Source: Candidatus Fraserbacteria bacterium (GTDB lineage: Bacteria; Bipolaricaulota; Bipolaricaulia; RBG-16-55-9; JANLFV01). From it: DNA of 18,136 nt. Each line of letters starts with the position of its first letter. Position 1 is the stretch's first letter. Made by a program: the position numbers and the translations under genes. Where the stretch lies: contig JBBIJD010000035.1 of the NCBI GenBank assembly GCA_037446135.1, positions 1 to 18,136 of the forward strand, read 5' to 3'. Below are positions 1-5,966 of the stretch, one piece after another. The notes below the pieces were generated by a model, which searched no databases, had not been told where the DNA came from, and saw nothing but the letters and a program-made list of their open reading frames with translations.

Positions 1-21
1 CTCCTGCCAAGATCGATCCAT
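1..21 (-). CDS. Possible 5' end of a divergent gene running off the left edge (MDRSWQE...), product unknown
   Basis: ATG at 21..19 lies 9 nt downstream of a well-spaced TTGCCA-17-TAGACT promoter. The frame is open to the window edge, but only 7 codons are visible. Confidence 0.3.
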
Positions 22-30
22 CCCTTATTC

Positions 31-59
31 AGTCTAGGGCTTCTGGCCCCGCCTGGCAA
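31..59 (-). promoter_or_regulatory. Putative sigma70-type promoter pointing leftward
   Basis: -35 TTGCCA (59..54), 17-nt spacer, -10 TAGACT (36..31); back-to-back with the pyrF promoter. Confidence 0.5.
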
Positions 60-68
60 TAGCAGGAC

Positions 69-97
69 TTGAAAGAGCGCTCTAGCTCTGCCATCAT
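69..97 (+). promoter_or_regulatory. Putative sigma70-type promoter of pyrF (leaderless transcript)
   Basis: -35 TTGAAA (69-74), 17-nt spacer, extended -10 TGc-CATCAT (89-97). ATG at 105 follows 7 nt later with no Shine-Dalgarno. Confidence 0.5.
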
Positions 98-104
98 CAG
101 CGGG

Positions 105-938
105 ATGAGCTTCAAGGAGAGGCTAACCCAGGCCGCACGCGAGCGGAAGAGCCTTCTCTGCGTCGGGCTCGACAGTGACATCGAGCGGATACCGAGCTTC
201 CTCCGCCGGGAGCACGGCGAGCGGGCGCTCCTGGAGTTCAACCGGCGGATCATCGAGGCCACAAAAGACCTGGTCTGCAGCTACAAGTTGAACCTCGCCT
301 TCTACGAACAGCTCGGCCCTCAGGGGCTGGAACTCCTGAAGGAGACCATCGCCTATATCCCCGGTGATCTGGTCAAGATCGCCGACGCCAAGCGGGGGGA
401 TATCGGGCATACCGCCAGAGCCTATGCCAGAGCGCTCTTCGATGGCTATGGCTTCGATGCCGCCACGGTCAACCCTTACCTCGGGCTGGAGGCCCTCGAG
501 CCCTTCCTGAAATATGAGGACCGCGGGGTCTTCGTCCTCTGCCGGACCTCTAATCCCGGGGCAAGGGAATTCCAGGACTTAAAGTGCAACGGGAAGCCGC
601 TCTACCTCTGGATAGCCGAGGCCGTCGCCCGGGCCAACGAGCAGTTCGGGAATTTGGGCCTGGTCGTCGGGGCGACCTGGCCGGAGGAGTTGAAAGAGAT
701 CCGCGAGCTCGTCGGGGAGGAGATGCCCATCCTGATCCCGGGGATCGGGGCCCAGGCGGGGGACCTGGAGAAGGCCGTGAAATACGGCACGAACAGCCGG
801 GGAGAGTTGGCGATCATCAATGTCTCCCGCGCGGTGATCTTCGCCTCTTCGGGGGAGGACTTTGCCTCAACCGCCCGGGCCGCAGCCCAGAGGCTCCGGG
901 AGGAGATCGAGCGCTATCGTCACCGGAGGGCGGGTTGA
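105..938 (+). CDS. pyrF: Orotidine-5'-phosphate decarboxylase (subfamily 2, long type)
   Basis: Motifs LCVGLD, YKLNLAFYE, the catalytic DAKRGDIGHT (DxKxxD), LCRTSNPG, LIPGIGAQ and NVSRAVIFA. Start placed at ATG 105 (MSFKERL) because TTG 69 coincides with a -35 box. Confidence 0.95.
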   Translation: MSFKERLTQAARERKSLLCVGLDSDIERIPSFLRREHGERALLEFNRRIIEATKDLVCSYKLNLAFYEQLGPQGLELLKETIAYIPGDLVKIADAKRGDIGHTARAYARALFDGYGFDAATVNPYLGLEALEPFLKYEDRGVFVLCRTSNPGAREFQDLKCNGKPLYLWIAEAVARANEQFGNLGLVVGATWPEELKEIRELVGEEMPILIPGIGAQAGDLEKAVKYGTNSRGELAIINVSRAVIFASSGEDFASTARAAAQRLREEIERYRHRRAG

Positions 939-963
939 CAAGCCCGAGCTGATCTGCTATCAA
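935..963 (+). promoter_or_regulatory. Putative promoter for the kinase-HAD/qng1/tgt unit, overlapping the pyrF stop codon
   Basis: Consensus -35 TTGACA (935-940) contains the pyrF TGA; 17-nt spacer; extended -10 TGc-TATCAA (955-963). ATG 970 follows 6 nt later with no SD. Confidence 0.6.
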
Positions 964-969
964 ATATCT

Positions 970-2277
970 ATGTTGGCCGAGCAGATCCTTGCTTACCTCC
1001 CCGCCGAGCGCCCCGTCGCCATCCTCTGTTGCGGCCTCCCCGGCTCGGGGAAGACCTGGCTCGGGGGACTTTTGCGGCTCCGGCTCGCTCAGGAGGCCGG
1101 CTCGGGAGGCGTTGAGCACCTCCAGACCGACCGCATCCGGCACGAGCTCTTCCCCATCCGGAGCTATAGCCCCGAGGAGACCGAGGCGGTCTACCGCGAG
1201 CTCCTCCGCCGGGCCGAGGCAGCCTTGCGAGAGGGGAAGAGCCTGATCCTCGACGGGACCTTCCTCGTGAGCCGGCGACGGGAAGAGGCCTACTCCCTCT
1301 TCCATAAGCTGGGGACCCCTTTTATCACCGTCCTCGCCGTGGCCGATGAGCGGGTCGTCCGGGCCAGGTTCGCTCGTAAGCCGCTCTTTCCTGACCCCAA
1401 CGACTTCTCCGAGGCCAGCTTCCGGGTCTACCTCGAGATGCGAGATAAGCTCGCCTCCGATTGGGAATACTCTCTCCCCAACGCCGACCGGAATGTGCGG
1501 GTCCTGGTAGTCGATACAGAGCGGGGAGAGGTCCACGAGCCCTACCCCCAGGTCCGACTCACCGGCTTCTACGAGGCTCTGAGCGGCCTGGAGGCGGTGA
1601 TCTTTGACATGGACGGTGTGATCGTCCGGAGCGAGGAGGCCTGGATCCGGAGCGAGCGGGAGTTCCTCGAGAGCCGGGGGATCTTCTTAGGGGATAAGGG
1701 CTTTGAGGAGTTCCAGCGCCGGCATGCCCCCTACCTTGCGGGCCGGAACCAGGCCGAGGCCGCCCGCTTCTATAAGGAGATCTTCGGCCTGAAGATTCCG
1801 GTCGAGGAGATCCGCCGCGAGAGGATGGCCCTCGTCCGGCGCTACTTCCGCGAGGTCGAGCCGGTCCTGGGGGCGAAAGAACTGATCGAGGCACTCTTCG
1901 AGGGCGGGGTGAAGCTCGGGCTGGCCTCGGCCGCCCCGCTCGAGCTGATCGAGCTGGTTCTGCGGGACCACGGGCTGGAGGGCTACTTCTCCGCGGTGAT
2001 CTCCGGGGACCAGCTCCACGAGGGTAAGCCGAATCCGATGATCTACCTCCTCGCGGCCCATGAGCTGGGGGTCGACCCGGGAAGATGCCTGGTCTTCGAG
2101 GACGCCCCGAACGGGGTGAGGGCGGCCAAGGCCGCAGGGATGCGGTGCGCTTACCTCATCAATCCCGCCCTCCGCTGGACGGGCGAGCTGATCCCCGACT
2201 TCGTCCTCGAGAGCTTTGACCAGCTCGACCTGGCCCGGATGAGGCAGCTCCTGGCCGGCCGCGCGGAGCGCCGCTAA
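970..2277 (+). CDS. Bifunctional protein: N-terminal P-loop kinase (AAA_33/PNK-like) fused to a C-terminal HAD-superfamily phosphatase (beta-PGM/CbbY-like, C1 cap)
   Basis: Walker A GLPGSGKT (1033-1056), TDRIRHEL and LILDGTF in the first ~190 aa. HAD motif I DMDGVI (from 1606), motif II ASA, motif III KPNP, motif IV FEDAPNG. Start at ATG 970 (MLAEQIL) avoids overlap with pyrF. Confidence 0.85.
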   Translation: MLAEQILAYLPAERPVAILCCGLPGSGKTWLGGLLRLRLAQEAGSGGVEHLQTDRIRHELFPIRSYSPEETEAVYRELLRRAEAALREGKSLILDGTFLVSRRREEAYSLFHKLGTPFITVLAVADERVVRARFARKPLFPDPNDFSEASFRVYLEMRDKLASDWEYSLPNADRNVRVLVVDTERGEVHEPYPQVRLTGFYEALSGLEAVIFDMDGVIVRSEEAWIRSEREFLESRGIFLGDKGFEEFQRRHAPYLAGRNQAEAARFYKEIFGLKIPVEEIRRERMALVRRYFREVEPVLGAKELIEALFEGGVKLGLASAAPLELIELVLRDHGLEGYFSAVISGDQLHEGKPNPMIYLLAAHELGVDPGRCLVFEDAPNGVRAAKAAGMRCAYLINPALRWTGELIPDFVLESFDQLDLARMRQLLAGRAERR

Positions 2278-2285
2278 AGCTAGTG

Positions 2286-3275
2286 ATGGAGATGGAAGAG
2301 GTCCTGGAATCAACGCAATGGGTCGTCAAGCATAGCGAGCTGGTCCGGCTCGACCGCGAGGCACTCGCCCGGTTCGCCTCCGAGCTGGCCTTGGAGGGGT
2401 GTGAGCCGGGGATTCCAGAGTGGAATTACCATTACCACTTCTACGATGGGGGAGAGCGGACCGTCGCCTACCTCCTGGTCTTGGACTCTCTCAACTTCTG
2501 CTTCTGGGCCCCCGCAGGGAAGCCTAAATGGGAGATCGTCTACCAGGGCGAGTCCCTCTCCGGCTATTATGCCCTAGCGGCGGCCCTCAAGCGGGCTTTC
2601 GAAACTGGCGTGCCACTCGATGATGCGACCTTTCTCGCCCGGCTCTCTCCGGATAAGCTGGGAGTGATCCTCAATGGCCGCGGGGAGCTCCAACTCCTCG
2701 ACCGTCGCCTTGCGATCCTCAATGAGCTCGGAAAGGTCCTGCTCGAGAGATATGGAGGAGGGAGGCGTCCCCCCCGGCCCTGCCAGTTGGTCGAGGCGGC
2801 CGGTGGCAAGGCAGTCGAGCTAGTCCGACTGCTGGTGAGGGACTTCCCCTCCTTCCGGGATGAGGCGCTCTATAAGGGCCGGAGGGTCTCCTTCTACAAG
2901 CGGGCCCAGATCTTCGCCGCGGACCTCTGGCTGGCCTTCGGTGGCCGGGGTTGGGGGAGCTTCACCGATGTCGATAGGCTCACGGCCTTCGCGGACTACA
3001 AGCTCCCTCAGGTCCTGCGGCAGCTCGGGATCCTGCAGTATAGTCCGGAGTTGGCAGCTAAGGTCGACCGGCTGGAGTCGCTCGGGCCCAGCTCTCCTGA
3101 AGAGATCGAGATCCGGGCCAACACCATCTGGGCGGTCGAGCTTCTCCGGCAGGAGCTGGGTGAGCTGGGCAAGAGGCCTTTGGCGATCGAGCTCGACTGG
3201 CTCCTCTGGGAGATGGGCCAGCGGCCGGAGTTCAAAGAGAAGCCGCATCATCGGACGGTGACGATCTTCTACTGA
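2286..3275 (+). CDS. qng1: Queuosine salvage protein Qng1 (DUF2419; queuosine-5'-phosphate N-glycosylase/hydrolase family)
   Basis: Family motifs LDSLNFCFW, GY, FPSFRD, FYKRAQI, LTAFADYKLPQVL, EIEIRA, LDWLLW and the C-terminal HHRTVTIFY. Stop overlaps the tgt start (TGATG). Start could be 2283, 2286 or 2292. Confidence 0.92.
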   Translation: MEMEEVLESTQWVVKHSELVRLDREALARFASELALEGCEPGIPEWNYHYHFYDGGERTVAYLLVLDSLNFCFWAPAGKPKWEIVYQGESLSGYYALAAALKRAFETGVPLDDATFLARLSPDKLGVILNGRGELQLLDRRLAILNELGKVLLERYGGGRRPPRPCQLVEAAGGKAVELVRLLVRDFPSFRDEALYKGRRVSFYKRAQIFAADLWLAFGGRGWGSFTDVDRLTAFADYKLPQVLRQLGILQYSPELAAKVDRLESLGPSSPEEIEIRANTIWAVELLRQELGELGKRPLAIELDWLLWEMGQRPEFKEKPHHRTVTIFY

Positions 3276-4540
3276 TGTTCGAGTTCGAGATCACAGCTCG
3301 GGACGGGGAAGCGAGGGCGGGCCGCCTGCTCACGCCCCATGGGGCCATCGAGACCCCCGCATTCGTGGCCGTAGGGACCCAGGGGACGGTCAAGGCCGTC
3401 TCCCCTGAAGAGCTGCGCGAGATCGGGGTCCAGGTGATCATCGCCAACACCTACCATCTCCATCTCCAGCCGGGTGAAGATCTCATAGAGGAGCTCGGCG
3501 GGCTCCATCGGTTCATGAACTGGGCCGGCCCGCTGATGACCGACTCCGGTGGGTTCCAGGTCTTCTCGCTGGGGGCAGGGAAGGAGCACGGTGTGGGGAA
3601 GATCGCCTCGATCTTCCCGGAAGAGGGGGATCGCGGGGGCCACCTCAAGGCCAAGGGCAAGAGCAAGAGCGGGAAGCCCCTGGTAAAGGTCGATGAGGAC
3701 GGGGTGGAGTTCATCTCCCATCTCGACGGCTCTCTTCATCGCTTCACCCCGGAGGGGGTCATCGAGATCGAGAGGAAGCTCGGCGCTGACATAATTCTGG
3801 TCTTAGATGAGTGCACCTCACCGCTCCACGATTATGCCTACACCAAGAGGGCGATGGAGCGGACCCACCGCTGGGCCCTCCGCGCTCTGAAGGAATTTGA
3901 GCGGACGGACGATGGGAGACAAGCGCTATTTGGGATCATCCAGGGCGGGGCCTACCGCGACTTAAGGGAAGAGAGCGCACGGTTCATCTCTTCTCTGGAT
4001 TTTCAAGGCTTCGCCATCGGCGGCTCACTGGGGAAGTCAAAACAGGAGATGCTCCAGGTCCTGGAGTGGACGGTCCCCCTCCTCCCGGAGGAGAAGCCCC
4101 GCCATCTCTTGGGAATCGGCGAGATCGAGGACATCTTCGCCGCGGTCGAGAGTGGGATCGACCTCTTCGACTGCGTTGCCCCCACGAGGATGGCCCGGAA
4201 CGGGGCGCTCTTCTCTAAAGGAGCCGAGGCCTTCCGCCTCCACATCCGGAATGCCCGCTACAGGGATGATCCGCGCCCAATCGAGGAGGGGTGCAACTGC
4301 TATACCTGCCGGAACTACTCTCGGGCATACCTCCAGCACCTCTTCGAGGCTAAGGAACTCCTGGCGATGCGCCTGGCGACGATCCACAATCTCCATTTCT
4401 TGGAATCGTTGATGCGCCAGGTCCGGGCGGCGATCCGAGAGGGCAGGCTCGCCGAGCTGAAGGCCTATGTTTGCTCATCCGGCCTCCGGCGGGGTGAGGC
4501 CCCTAATGAGGGCCCTCTGGCCGAAGAAGAAGAGGATTAA
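3275..4540 (+). CDS. tgt: tRNA-guanine transglycosylase, probably queuine-inserting type
   Basis: Motifs TPAFVAVGT, ANTYHL, TDSGGFQVFSL, LDEC, GIIQGG, PRHLLGIG, DLFDCVAPTRMARNG; zinc site CNCYTC...IHN. Confidence 0.97.
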   Translation: MFEFEITARDGEARAGRLLTPHGAIETPAFVAVGTQGTVKAVSPEELREIGVQVIIANTYHLHLQPGEDLIEELGGLHRFMNWAGPLMTDSGGFQVFSLGAGKEHGVGKIASIFPEEGDRGGHLKAKGKSKSGKPLVKVDEDGVEFISHLDGSLHRFTPEGVIEIERKLGADIILVLDECTSPLHDYAYTKRAMERTHRWALRALKEFERTDDGRQALFGIIQGGAYRDLREESARFISSLDFQGFAIGGSLGKSKQEMLQVLEWTVPLLPEEKPRHLLGIGEIEDIFAAVESGIDLFDCVAPTRMARNGALFSKGAEAFRLHIRNARYRDDPRPIEEGCNCYTCRNYSRAYLQHLFEAKELLAMRLATIHNLHFLESLMRQVRAAIREGRLAELKAYVCSSGLRRGEAPNEGPLAEEEED

Positions 4541-5288
4541 GGCCGGCAGGGCCGCCAAGGTGTTGGCCGCCAGGAGGAGCGGCCAATCGGTCCCCAGCTC
4601 CGACTTGAGCGAGGCCAGCCCGACTGGGAGCGTCCGCATAGCCGGGCTCTGAGTGACCACCAGGGGGCCAGAGGAGGCTATTCCACTGCCAGAGGAAGAT
4701 GAGGATTCCCAGGGCGACGAGGCTGAGGCGGACCACTGGAAGGAGGACCTTCCACAGGGCCTGGAATCGCGAGCAGCCGTCGATCCTCGCGGCTTCTTCT
4801 AGGATCTGGGGGACCTCCAGGAAGGCCTGCCGCATCACGAATGCCGCGAAGGGGCCGGCGAGGAAGGGGAAGATCAGGGCTCCGTAGGTATCGAGAAGCC
4901 CTAGCCATCTCAAGATGAGAAACGAGGGGATGAGCGTGACCTGATGGGGGACCATCAACGAGCCCAGGTAGATGATGTAGAAGATCATATCCCTCCCGGG
5001 GAAGTGCAGCCGAGAGAAGGCGTAGCCGGCGAGCGAGCCGCTCAGGAGTTGACCCACTGTTACCGTGGCCACCACCAGGCTGTTGAGATAGAGCCGTGCT
5101 AGGGGGAGCTCGCGCCAGACCCGCTGGTAGTTCGTCAGCCGCCAGCCGGTCGAGAGCCAGCCCGCCGGCTCACGGAAGATCTCGGCCCCATCCTTGAGCG
5201 AGGCCAGGACCATCCAGAGGAAGGGCAGGCTTGTCAAGGCCACGATCCCGGTCAAGAGGAGGTGGCGTCCGAGCCTTCTCATCGTCAT
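4475..5288 (-). pseudogene. Carbohydrate ABC permease (MalG/UgpE-like), frameshifted near the C-terminus
   Basis: PFLWMVLASLK, YLNSLVVA, AGYAFSRLHFPGR and EAA loop EEAARIDGCS. WNSLLWP continues as LVVTQSPAMRTLPVGL only if one base is removed from the G5 run at 4663-4667. Confidence 0.85.
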
Positions 5289-5919
5289 TCCTCTCGGAGG
5301 TGGCTCTCCCGGCCGATGTATCTGATCTGCAGCAAGGCGAGGGCGAAGAGGATCAGGGCCAAGAGCCAGGCTATGGCCGAGGCATACCCCAAGCGGAAGA
5401 ACTCGAAGGCCTCCCGGTAGAGGTAGTTCACTATCAGGTTCGTCGAGTCCATCGGCCCCCCGCCAGTCAGGAGATAGACCAGCCCGAAGGCCTGGAACGA
5501 ATTGATCGTGGCGATCACGAGCACCAGTGCGGTCGTCTTCCGCAGCAAGGGGAGGGTGATGCTCCACAGCCTGCGGAATGGGCCGGCCCCCTCGAGCTTG
5601 GCAGCTTCGTAGTAGCTTTCGGGGATCCGCTCCAGCCCGGCGAGGAAGATGACCATGTAGTAGCCGGCATGCTGCCAGACGGTCGCGATGATCAGTGCCG
5701 GGAGGGCCCATCGCGGATCGGCGAGCCAGCTCGGCCCCCAGAGCCCCAGGTGGCGGAGGGGGCAGTCGATCAGGCCGCTCTCCGGCTGGGAAGGCCCAGC
5801 TCCAGATGAGCCCCGTCACGGCTGGTGAGAGGGCCGCCGGGGCTAAAGAGGGCTGTCCGATAAAGGCTCCCGGCCCCAGCCTGCCCGAGCCCGCGGAGGA
5901 GGAGCGGGGCTGCGAGGGC
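5285..5919 (-). pseudogene. Carbohydrate ABC permease (MalF/UgpA-like), 5'-truncated with two frameshifts
   Basis: Fragments YRTALFSP / AALSPAVTGLIWSWAF / QPESGLI...WLADPRWALPALIIATVWQHAGYYMVIFLAGLERIPESYYEAAKLEGA...TGGGP lie in three frames. They join if one base is removed at each of 5839-5842 and 5788-5790. The N-terminal part is missing and the 5' boundary is approximate. Confidence 0.85.
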
Positions 5920-5966
5920 CTCCTCGCACCAGACTCGGAGCTTGAGCCCGAAGGCCATGCCCTAGC

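Noticed and set aside
69..104. TTG start for pyrF at 69
   Set aside because: The TTG is part of a -35 box and family-like sequence begins at MSFKERL (105).
862..969. N-terminal extension of the kinase-HAD ORF from 862
   Set aside because: Overlaps pyrF, is low-complexity and spans a promoter-like element; ATG 970 is more plausible.
939..969. preQ1 riboswitch ahead of the queuine salvage genes
   Set aside because: The gap is only 31 nt and is occupied by promoter elements; no preQ1 stem or A-rich tail.
970..2277. Kinase-HAD as an anti-phage or RNA-repair (Pnkp/ligase) component
   Set aside because: No RNA ligase, Hen1, nuclease or other defence gene is adjacent, and the HAD domain looks like the capped small-molecule type; not fully excluded.
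4503..5819. 438-aa ORF read as a single permease
   Set aside because: It is a chimera: a short in-frame piece of the first permease, a long out-of-frame stretch, then the second permease ending in a frameshifted tail.
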